Source of the DNA: Vibrio vulnificus CMCP6
GTDB lineage: Bacteria; Pseudomonadota; Gammaproteobacteria; Enterobacterales; Vibrionaceae
DNA length: 32,000 bases
Assembly (NCBI RefSeq): GCF_000039765.1
Contig: NC_004459.3
Location: 2,271,127-2,303,126, forward strand
Reading direction: 5' to 3'
The notes below the pieces were generated by a model, which was not told the origin of the DNA, searched no databases, and saw only the letters and a list, made by a program, of their open reading frames with translations. Position numbers and translations under genes: made by a program. Shown piece after piece: positions 8,244-16,279 of the stretch; position 1 is the stretch's first letter; every line of letters begins with the position of its first letter.

Positions 8244-9951
8244 TTCTTTGCATCTCAATCGCAAACTCCAACGCGCCATCGCCTCAAGAAAAGAAGCGGA
8301 AAGGCTGTTGGAAGAAAAAAGCTTGGAGCTTTACCAATCCAATCAACAACTCAAACTGGCGTTGAAGCAGTTAGAGTTAAAATCGGAACAACAGCTTTTC
8401 AAGTTTGAGTTTGAGCAGCAAATTGATGACACCTTAATCACGTTTGGTCGAGTCTTCATTGTCGATGGTATCGACGACTTACTATTGGCCAATCTATTGG
8501 AGCGTCTTTCTCGTGCGTCAGTGATTCGTCAAGCGTGGTTGAAGCTGGATAAGCCCATCCTAACTACGCTAAAAAGCCTTGAATATGGGCTGAAGCCGAC
8601 GGGGTTTCTCTATCGAGCTGACGATACCCGAACGCGTGCTGAGTGGTTTGGCGACGCGCTTTGCATTCCCATTATTTTAGAAAGTGAACATGTTGGCAGC
8701 ATGGTTTTCACCATTGATCACTTCGATATCGATCTCGATTTTATTTCCAACCAGCTTTGCCTGATCGCTGATTTGGTCAGCAATGCACTCAATCGTCAGC
8801 TCTGGATGGAGCGAGAAACGGAGCTACGCAAGCGAGCAGAAGAGTCAGAGAAAGCGACCAAAGAGTTCGTCGCGATGATCAATCATGAGCTACGCACCCC
8901 GTTAAATGGTGTTTTAGGCAGCGCAGAACTGCTGGGTAACACCTACCTCAATGATGAGCAGCAACTCTATTTAAGAAATCTACGTCAGGGGGGAGAGCTG
9001 CTGCGAGTCATCATCAATGATCTGCTCGATTTCAGCAAAATGAATGCTGGCATGATGGAAATTGTGCCGAAAGTGTTTCGTTGGCGAGAGGTAGAGGAGT
9101 CCATCGTAGGGATATTTGCCGCCAAAGCGAGTGAGAAACAGATTGGCTTTCACATTGAGAAACAGTTTGGCATGCCTAGCTGCGTATGCGGAGATGTTGA
9201 GCGAATCAAACAAATTTTGGTGAACTTGATTGGCAACGCGATCAAGTTTACTCAACATGGGGCCGTTACGTTTCGTACTCATTGGCAAGACGATGTGTTG
9301 TCAGTGGAAATAGAAGATACTGGGATTGGCATCGCCGAGCAGGCTAAAAGCACCTTATTTGACCCTTTTGTCCAGGCAGACCGCAGTAGCAAGCGTAACT
9401 ATGAAGGGTCAGGTTTGGGGTTGGCGATATGCCAAAACCTCTGCCATTTGATGGGAGGAGAGATTGGTTTTCGTAGCGAGTTAGGTCAAGGTTCCTGCTT
9501 CCATTTTGCCATTCCACTGCCAGCAAGTGATGAGCCGTTGCTTGAACCACACACTGAACAGGTTGAGCGTCATCAGTTGGATTGGGTTGCACTGAAAGTA
9601 CTGGTAGTGGATGACATACGCATGAATCAGGTCATCATCAATCAAATGTTGAAAAAGCTACAAGTCACACCGGACGTGAGAAACAACGGTGTGGAGGCGC
9701 TTCAGGCGGTCAGTCAGCAAGATTATGATTTTATATTCATGGATTGTCGCATGCCGGAAATGGATGGTTATGAGGCGACCCACTATTTACGAGAGCAGGG
9801 GCTGGCGATTCCCATTGTGGCACTGACTGCCGGCACGACATTGGAGGAGCGGGAAAAGTGCTTAGTGAGTGGCATGAACGACATTTTGACCAAGCCCTAT
9901 ACCGCAGACGATGTGGAACGGATCATGCTGAAGTGGCTAGTGAGCGGATAA
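8236..9951 (+). CDS. hqsK: H-NOX-associated hybrid sensor histidine kinase (cytoplasmic; coiled-coil/GAF-like N-terminus, HisKA, HATPase, C-terminal receiver)
   Basis: 571 aa with no TM segment. H-box MINHELRTPLNG, N-box LVNLIGNAIKFT, G-boxes EDTGIGI and GSGLGLAIC. Receiver has VVDD and FMDCRMPEMDG. The symbol is by analogy to the Vibrio H-NOX/HqsK pair, and orthology is unverified. Confidence 0.85.
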   Translation: MDDSLHLNRKLQRAIASRKEAERLLEEKSLELYQSNQQLKLALKQLELKSEQQLFKFEFEQQIDDTLITFGRVFIVDGIDDLLLANLLERLSRASVIRQAWLKLDKPILTTLKSLEYGLKPTGFLYRADDTRTRAEWFGDALCIPIILESEHVGSMVFTIDHFDIDLDFISNQLCLIADLVSNALNRQLWMERETELRKRAEESEKATKEFVAMINHELRTPLNGVLGSAELLGNTYLNDEQQLYLRNLRQGGELLRVIINDLLDFSKMNAGMMEIVPKVFRWREVEESIVGIFAAKASEKQIGFHIEKQFGMPSCVCGDVERIKQILVNLIGNAIKFTQHGAVTFRTHWQDDVLSVEIEDTGIGIAEQAKSTLFDPFVQADRSSKRNYEGSGLGLAICQNLCHLMGGEIGFRSELGQGSCFHFAIPLPASDEPLLEPHTEQVERHQLDWVALKVLVVDDIRMNQVIINQMLKKLQVTPDVRNNGVEALQAVSQQDYDFIFMDCRMPEMDGYEATHYLREQGLAIPIVALTAGTTLEEREKCLVSGMNDILTKPYTADDVERIMLKWLVSG

Positions 9952-10026
9952 GCAATAGCGGAATGCGCAATAAAGGAAAGGGCAGTAAAGGAAAGCGTGA
10001 GAAAGACGCAAAGAATTTAATAAAGA

Positions 10027-10060
10027 AGAGAGAAGGCGTACCGTTCTCTCTCTTTTTATT
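10027..10060 (+). terminator. Rho-independent terminator of the hnoX-kinase operon
   Basis: 8-bp stem agagagaa (10027-10034) / ttctctct (10044-10051) followed by cttttta tt. Confidence 0.7.
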
Positions 10061-10133
10061 GGCTGAAATTGCAATGCTCAATTTTTCGAACAAAGCGACT
10101 CAACACAAAGCGGTTGTGAACAACACTATTCAG

Positions 10134-10163
10134 AATAAAAGGGCGACTTAGCGCTAGTCGGCC
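10134..10163 (-). terminator. Rho-independent terminator of pabB
   Basis: On the - strand: ggccgact / agtcgccc stem (one mismatch) followed by ttttatt. Lies 18 nt after the pabB stop. Confidence 0.55.
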
Positions 10164-10181
10164 AATGTGCTGTGACGGTGA

Positions 10182-11582
10182 TTATTGCAATGTTGGTAGA
10201 ATTTTCGACAGTTTATCTAACGTCTCTTGATATTCCGCATCGCATTGACTGTCAGCCACTACACCGCCCCCAGCCCAAGCGAACAACTTACCTTGCTCCG
10301 CCACTAAGGTACGAATTGTAATGCTGGTATCCATGCGACCATGGCGACTGATGTAACCGATACTACCGCAATAGGCTGAGCGTCGATGAGGCTCAAGCTC
10401 TTCAATGATTTCCATTGCGCGCACTTTCGGCGCGCCGGTAATCGAGCCTCCCGGGAAACACGCTCGCAGTAAGTCAGCGGCAGTATACTGCGCTGCCAAC
10501 TCAGCTCGAATCGTGCTGACTAAGTGATGCACGGCGGGAAAGCTTTCGATGTCAAACAGTTTAGGAACATGCACGCTGCCCGGTTTGGCGACACGGCCAA
10601 TATCGTTGCGCAGCAGATCGACGATCATCAGATTTTCCGCTTGATCTTTTTCGGCATTGGCAAGCTCAAGTGCCGCCTGTTTGTCCTGTTGTTCATCATT
10701 ATGACGAGGACGAGTTCCTTTGATCGGCTTGGTTTCAATGACACGTTTTTTGAGCTCGAGAAAACGCTCCGGCGACACACTTAAAATCGCCGCGTCCTTC
10801 AAACGAATGAAAGCAGAAAATGGTGCTTGGTTGCTCTGCTCTAGCTTCTGGTAAGCTTGCCATTCGCTGCCTTGGTAATTGGCATGAAAGCGCTGCGCTA
10901 AGTTAATTTGGTAGCAGTCACCACTGAGCAAGTACTCCTGTACGCAATCGAACTTACTTTGGTAATCACGACGATTCATGTTGGATTGCCAATCACTGGT
11001 CAGGGCAAACGTCGCATCATCCGCTTTTGTTTGCGTGCTTAGCCATTGATAAGCTTGTTCTACGTCTTGGCCAACCAGTTGCGCGGTCTGCGTCTGATGA
11101 TCGACAATCAACGCCCATGTGTAGATGCCCACTGCCATGTCGGGCGCAGCGATATCTTGTGTTGCAATCTCAGGCAGTTTTTCAACGCAACGACCTAAAT
11201 CGTAGCTAAAGTAACCCAGAGCGCCACCAATAAAAGGAATCTCTTCATCACTGGATAGAGCAGGGGTAAAACGCTGTTGATAACGCGCAAGAAGCGTGAA
11301 AGGATCATCTTTACTTTCAATGACTTCGTCATTGGTGTTGATCTCAGTCACCGCACCACGTGTTTCTAATGTCGCAACGGGCTTTGCGACGAGAATGTCA
11401 AAACGGCTGTCAACATGTGTTGGTGATGCCGAACGCAACAGCATTGCCCAAGGTTGATGTTGGATGGTGTCAAACCACTGTTGGGAAAGGTCCGTTTGAT
11501 AAGGCAGTGTTTTTGAAGAAATGGCCGTATTTATGCTGTTATTCATTTGTTTAATTTGTGACAAAGAGTTCGATTGCTGCAT
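10182..11582 (-). CDS. pabB: Aminodeoxychorismate synthase component I
   Basis: 466 aa, colinear with E. coli PabB as I recall it: LTSDWQSNM, GDCYQINLAQRFHA, SPERFL, TKPIKGTRPR, AENLMIVDLLRNDIGRVA, FPGGSITGAPKVRAMEIIEELEP, DTSITIRT, AEYQETLDK. An alternative start at the internal MNNSINT is possible. Confidence 0.93.
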   Translation of the reverse strand: MQQSNSLSQIKQMNNSINTAISSKTLPYQTDLSQQWFDTIQHQPWAMLLRSASPTHVDSRFDILVAKPVATLETRGAVTEINTNDEVIESKDDPFTLLARYQQRFTPALSSDEEIPFIGGALGYFSYDLGRCVEKLPEIATQDIAAPDMAVGIYTWALIVDHQTQTAQLVGQDVEQAYQWLSTQTKADDATFALTSDWQSNMNRRDYQSKFDCVQEYLLSGDCYQINLAQRFHANYQGSEWQAYQKLEQSNQAPFSAFIRLKDAAILSVSPERFLELKKRVIETKPIKGTRPRHNDEQQDKQAALELANAEKDQAENLMIVDLLRNDIGRVAKPGSVHVPKLFDIESFPAVHHLVSTIRAELAAQYTAADLLRACFPGGSITGAPKVRAMEIIEELEPHRRSAYCGSIGYISRHGRMDTSITIRTLVAEQGKLFAWAGGGVVADSQCDAEYQETLDKLSKILPTLQ

Positions 11583-11742
11583 AGCGCGTGATGGAAAGCA
11601 AGAGTATCATAAAACGAAACAATTTCGCTTACTTAGTTCAGTCGGGAACTCATAAAAAATCGGATGGATTCTTTCGATCACTAGCTCAACAATCGATACA
11701 ACTAAGTAAGTTTATGGAAGCATAACTATAACGAGGCATGCA

Positions 11743-13266
11743 ATGACTGTAATTCGCACGCAAGATGTCATCAGCAGCGTAGCTGATGCACTTCAGTACA
11801 TCTCTTACTACCACCCACTCGATTTTGTTCAAGCCCTAGAAAAAGCCTACCATCGTGAGCAGAGCCAAGCGGCCAAAGATGCCATTGCGCAGATTTTGAT
11901 CAACTCGCGTATGTCGGCGGAAGGGCATCGCCCAATTTGCCAAGATACCGGTATCGTGACGTGTTTTGTCAATATCGGTATGGGCGTTCAGTGGGACTCA
12001 ACGGATCTCACCGTACAACAGATGATTGACGAAGGCGTGCGTCAGGCTTATACCAATCCTGACAACCCATTGCGTGCGTCGGTATTGATGGACCCTGCAG
12101 GTAAACGTATTAACACCAAAGACAATACACCTGCGGTTGTTCACATCAATATGGTGCCGGGCAATACCGTCGAAATTCAGATCGCGGCAAAAGGCGGCGG
12201 CTCTGAAAACAAAACCAAGATGGTGATGCTCAACCCTTCAGACGATATTGCTGAGTGGGTAGAAAAAACATTGCCTTTGATGGGCGCGGGCTGGTGTCCT
12301 CCGGGCATGCTGGGCATTGGCATTGGCGGCACAGCAGAAAAAGCGGCGGTACTGGCTAAAGAGTCGTTGATGGAGCACATCGACATCCACGAACTGATTG
12401 AACGTGGCCCGCAAAATGCGGAAGAAGAGCTGCGTTTGGACATCTTCAATCGTGTTAACCGTTTAGGTATTGGTGCTCAAGGGCTCGGTGGGGTGACAAC
12501 GGTGGTGGATGTGAAAATCAAAACCGCCCCTACGCACGCAGCGTCCAAGCCAGTGTGTATGATCCCGAACTGTGCGGCAACTCGTCACGTTCATTTCACA
12601 CTTGACGGCTCTGGCCCAGCAGAACTGACGCCACCGAAGCTAGAAGATTGGCCAAACATCACTTGGGATGCGGGTGCAAGCGCGCGCCGTGTTAACCTCG
12701 ATACCGTGACAAAAGAAGACGTTCAGCAATGGAAAACCGGTGAGACACTCTTGCTTTCAGGTAAGATTTTGACCGGTCGAGATGCAGCGCATAAACGCAT
12801 TCAAACCATGTTGCAAAATGGCGAAGGCCTACCTGAAGGCGTTGACCTTAAAGGGAAGTTTATCTACTACGTTGGCCCTGTGGATGCAGTGGGTGACGAA
12901 GTGGTTGGCCCAGCAGGCCCAACCACATCAACACGTATGGATAAGTTCACCGACATGATGCTGGATGAAACGGGCATTATGGGCATGATCGGTAAAGCGG
13001 AGCGTGGCCCAGCCACTGTTGAGTCAATCAAGAACCATAAAGCGGTGTATCTGATGGCGGTCGGTGGTGCGGCGTACTTGGTAGCGAAAGCCATCAAGAA
13101 AGCGCGTGTTGTTGCTTTTGAAGATCTCGGTATGGAAGCGATTTACGAATTTGAAGTCGAAGATATGCCAGTGACGGTCGCGGTGGATTCGACTGGTGCC
13201 AACGCGCACCAAATTGGTCCTGATACTTGGAAAGTTAAAATCCAAGAAATGGAATCACAAAAATAA
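11743..13266 (+). CDS. fumA: Fumarate hydratase, class I (Fe-S dependent, fused alpha/beta type)
   Basis: 507 aa. Conserved CQDTGIV and AAKGGGSENK motifs in the N-terminal half, and a TtdB/FumA C-terminal-like region (LSGKILTGRDAAHKRI, YYVGP, GPTTSTRMD, GKAERGP). Confidence 0.92.
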   Translation: MTVIRTQDVISSVADALQYISYYHPLDFVQALEKAYHREQSQAAKDAIAQILINSRMSAEGHRPICQDTGIVTCFVNIGMGVQWDSTDLTVQQMIDEGVRQAYTNPDNPLRASVLMDPAGKRINTKDNTPAVVHINMVPGNTVEIQIAAKGGGSENKTKMVMLNPSDDIAEWVEKTLPLMGAGWCPPGMLGIGIGGTAEKAAVLAKESLMEHIDIHELIERGPQNAEEELRLDIFNRVNRLGIGAQGLGGVTTVVDVKIKTAPTHAASKPVCMIPNCAATRHVHFTLDGSGPAELTPPKLEDWPNITWDAGASARRVNLDTVTKEDVQQWKTGETLLLSGKILTGRDAAHKRIQTMLQNGEGLPEGVDLKGKFIYYVGPVDAVGDEVVGPAGPTTSTRMDKFTDMMLDETGIMGMIGKAERGPATVESIKNHKAVYLMAVGGAAYLVAKAIKKARVVAFEDLGMEAIYEFEVEDMPVTVAVDSTGANAHQIGPDTWKVKIQEMESQK

Positions 13267-13308
13267 GAATGTGACAAAGTGCTGATTTAGTTAGCAAACA
13301 TTTGACAT

Positions 13309-13337
13309 AAGTGCAGCGAAAGCTGCACTTTGTTTTT
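13309..13337 (+). terminator. Rho-independent terminator of fumA
   Basis: Perfect 9-bp stem aagtgcagc / gctgcactt with a GAAA tetraloop, followed by tttgttttt. Confidence 0.85.
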
Positions 13338-13412
13338 GTATAATACCAACCAGTTCCATATCATCTGGTCGTTTGCTCAACACTCACTACTCAAAGCAAA
13401 AAGGAGTGCTCA

Positions 13413-13598
13413 ATGCCTCGCTTTATTCAAATATTACAAATTATTCTCGCTGTGGTTGTCGGTAGTTTTGTCGGTTATGACTTGATCCTGCACGGCATTA
13501 GCATTTTTGATGAGAAATACGTCACCATCACTTGCGTATTGTGGCTCATTCTGGAAATCGCTCTGTTTGTTATCTACAAACTGATTGAGGACGATTAA
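13413..13598 (+). CDS. Small (61 aa) two-helix membrane protein, function unknown
   Basis: Strong SD (aaaaggag) 7 nt before the ATG. Two hydrophobic helices (ILQIILAVVVGSFVGYDLIL and ITCVLWLILEIALFVIYKLI). Bracketed by its own terminator downstream and the fumA terminator upstream. Confidence 0.6.
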   Translation: MPRFIQILQIILAVVVGSFVGYDLILHGISIFDEKYVTITCVLWLILEIALFVIYKLIEDD

Positions 13599-13626
13599 TC
13601 TCGGCATCCCTCGCGTTCTTATACTA

Positions 13627-13657
13627 AGCCTCTGATTTATATCAGGGGCTTTTTGTT
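13627..13657 (+). terminator. Rho-independent terminator of the small membrane protein gene
   Basis: 10-bp stem agcctctgat / atcaggggct (one G-U pair), ttat loop, followed by ttttgtt. Confidence 0.8.
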
Positions 13658-13794
13658 CATCTGCGATTAATATTAGTAGAGTTATGGTTCGCCCCACGCT
13701 AAAGAAGAAAATGAGATGCGCCGAGAAATCCCTTTGATTGTTGGTGCACTTTGGCGCACAGTGAATGGTGTTGTTTGACAGTAAGAGAAGGGCT

Positions 13795-15171
13795 ATGAAG
13801 AAGATTACCCGAGAAGTGAATGATTTTATCCACCGCAGTATGGATTCCCACGTTCGTGTGGCGGTAACGGGGCTCTCCCGAGCCGGAAAGACCGCGTTCA
13901 TCACTTCGCTTGTCAACCAACTCCTCCATACTTCAACGCACGACAATATGCCCCTACTGAGCAGTGCGAGAGATAAACGCCTCGTTGGAGCGAAGCGAGA
14001 GCCGCAAAGTAACATGATGGTGCCAAGATTCGCTTACGATGAAGCGATGGACCAGCTTTGCAATGTGCCGCCTATGTGGCCTGAACCGACGCGAGATGTC
14101 AGTGAAATCCGCCTTGCCATTAAGTATCGACCAAAGAAAAAAACCAAGAAATTACTGGGCCAAACCGCGATCTTGCATCTGGATATCATCGATTATCCGG
14201 GGGAGTGGCTGTTGGACTTACCTTTGTTGGAGCTCGATTTTGCCACTTGGAGTCAGACGCAGTTTGATGCACTAAAAGGCGAGCGTTTGAATTTGGCGAG
14301 TGAATGGCTCAGTCAACTCGACAGTTTAGATCTCAATGCGGAACTGAATGAAAAGCAGCTGCAAAGTGTCTCTCAGGCATACACTGACTATTTGCACCGT
14401 TGTAAAGAAAAGGGTTTGCATTGGGTGCAGCCGGGACGATTTGTTTTACCGGGTGAGCTTGCTGGTGCGCCAGTGCTGCAATTTTTCCCTTGCCGCTTTG
14501 ATGACATGGATAAAACCGGCAAACACAGCAATTTGGCGATGTTGAAAAAACGCTATCAGGAATATCAACAAAAAGTGGTGAAAGCATTTTACAAGCATCA
14601 CTTTTCAACCTTCGATCGCCAAATAGTGTTGGTCGATTGTTTGCAGCCACTCAATGCTGGCCGTGAGTCGTTCTATGATATGCGTGATGCCTTAGAGCAA
14701 ATTATGCACAGCTTTCGTTATGGGCGCTCAGGACTGCTTAAGCGTCTGTTTGCACCCAAAATAGACAAAGTACTGTTTGCCGCTACCAAAGCGGATCACG
14801 TGACGCCTGAGCAGCATCCTAATTTGGTTGCCTTGCTGCAACAGATGATTCACCCCGCATGGCAAACCGCAGCATACGAAAATATCGAAATGGGTTGTTT
14901 GTCGATGGCGTCGGTACAAGCGACTCAGGCCGGTTTTATTGCCAATGGTGATAAGAGCACACCGGCCATTCAGGGGATGACGTTAGAAGGGCAAGCGTTA
15001 ACCCTCTTTCCTGGCGAAGTGCCTCGCAAGGTACCCGATGAGCACTATTGGCAAGCGCGAGGGTTTGAATTTACCGCTTTTAGGCCAATGCAAGGCAAAC
15101 GTGAAGAGCCTTTACCGCATATTCGAGTTGATAAAGCCCTAGAGTTTTTATTGGGAGATAAGTTGCTATGA
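13795..15171 (+). CDS. ycjX: YcjX-family P-loop NTPase (stress-associated GTPase/ATPase)
   Basis: 458 aa from ATG 13795 (SD gagaaggg upstream). The track ORF begins 30 nt earlier, but E. coli YcjX aligns from this Met. Walker A is [23 protein letters not shown]. 4-nt ATGA overlap with ycjF. Confidence 0.9.
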
Positions 15172-16193
15172 GCGATCTAAAACCAAAACAAGTGTTTGAA
15201 GAGACGATTTTCTCTCAGCAAGACAAACCAGAGCTCACTGCGCAGCAGCAATTTGATCAGCAGCAGACGTTCATTCCAACCACGATTGAAGAGACTGAAC
15301 CTGAACTTGAAGACGCTTTGGAGCAGGTGATACGTCCATCAGGCCGTCGCAAGTGGTTAGCGGGAGGGCTGTTTGCTGCTTTCGCAGGATTGGTGGGTTG
15401 GCAAGCCGTTGATAGCGTACTCAGTGCGATGCAAAATGGCGATTGGCTTACGCTCGGCTGGTCTGGGTTTATTTCCGTGCTTGCCGGCTTGGGGCTTGGG
15501 GCCATGGGCAAAGAACTGTGGAAGCTGCGCCAATTGAGACACCTATTTTCCGTGCAGGAGCAAGGGGAAAAATTGTTGCAAAGTGACAGTGTTGGGCAAG
15601 GCAAAGCGTTTTGCCAGCAAGTGGCGAAACAAAGTGGCGTTGCAGAAGAGAATCCTGCTTATGACCGCTGGAAAAACAGCGTCAATACCGCACACAGTGA
15701 TGCAGAAATCTTGCAGATGTACGATGCGATGGTCGTGACTCAACAAGACAAACAAGCAACCAAGGTGATCTCGCGCTTTGCGACAGAGTCTGCGGCTCTG
15801 GTGGCTATTAGCCCACTCGCCATCGCGGACATGCTGCTGGTGGCTTGGCGTAACTTCAAGATGATTGACACGCTCTCAACGATCTATGGTATCGAGCTTG
15901 GCTACGCCTCTCGCATTCGTTTGCTGCGTCTGGTGTTGGCAAACATGGCGGTGGCGGGCGCCAGCGAGCTGGTGATTGATGCGGGTATGGATTTGATGTC
16001 GATGGATCTCGCTGGCAAGCTTTCCGCCAGAGCAGGGCAAGGGGTTGGTGTGGGGATTTTGACTGCGAGACTGGGTTTGAAAGCGATGGCATTGCTAAGG
16101 CCGATTCCTTGGCAAGCCGAAACACAGGTTAAGTTATCAGCAATTCGCAAAGAAATTGTGTCGAAAGTCGCTTCTATCACGCTAAAACCATAG
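15168..16193 (+). CDS. ycjF: YcjF-family (UPF0283) inner-membrane protein
   Basis: 341 aa. Acidic N-terminus followed by paired TM helices ([35 protein letters not shown]). Conserved pairing with ycjX and position upstream of tyrR, as in E. coli. Confidence 0.88.
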
Positions 16194-16242
16194 AGTTTCA
16201 GCGGGCGCATCTTGACGCTAACGCGGGCATAGTAGAAACTAC

Positions 16243-16260
16243 TGTCAACTTTTCGTGACA
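16243..16260. promoter_or_regulatory. Candidate (weak) TyrR box upstream of tyrR
   Basis: TGTCAA-CTTTTC-GTGACA versus consensus TGTAAA-N6-TTTACA. The symmetric G at position 2 and C at position 17 are retained, and three other positions differ. Lies 20 nt upstream of the GTG start. tyrR autoregulation is established in E. coli. Confidence 0.4.
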
Positions 16261-16279
16261 GTGTGAATTAGGATTTTCC

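Noticed and set aside
9963-10151. Lys-rich 62-aa ORF (MRNKGKGSKGKREKDAKNLIKKREGVPFSLFLL...) in the kinase/pabB intergenic region
   Set aside because: There is no SD sequence. The hydrophobic stretch is encoded by the terminator stem-loop itself. The ORF also runs through two terminators of the convergent genes.
13692-13699. Sigma32-type promoter for ycjX
   Set aside because: Only a -10-like CCCCACGC is present, and no CTTGAAA-like -35 lies 13-17 nt upstream. I cannot support a feature call.
13765-13794. N-terminal extensions proposed by the ORF track for ycjX (13765), the kinase (21069), the receiver (22414) and HD-GYP (27822)
   Set aside because: - The homologue N-termini I recall begin at the internal Met.
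- The extensions overlap the upstream gene (kinase, receiver) or use non-ATG starts.
- The internal ATGs for ycjX and the receiver have SD sequences.
- The HD-GYP start remains uncertain.
13434-14015. 193-aa ORF on the - strand, plus many other 60-175-aa track ORFs (e.g. 1458..1796, 2974..3470, 4006..4731, 8980..9592, 15257..16210, 16396..17656, 19990..21151, 21153..22275, 25640..26008)
   Set aside because: All are nested antisense or out-of-frame within long ORFs that have clear family signatures. They have no SD sequence or motif, and their composition is typical of shadow ORFs.
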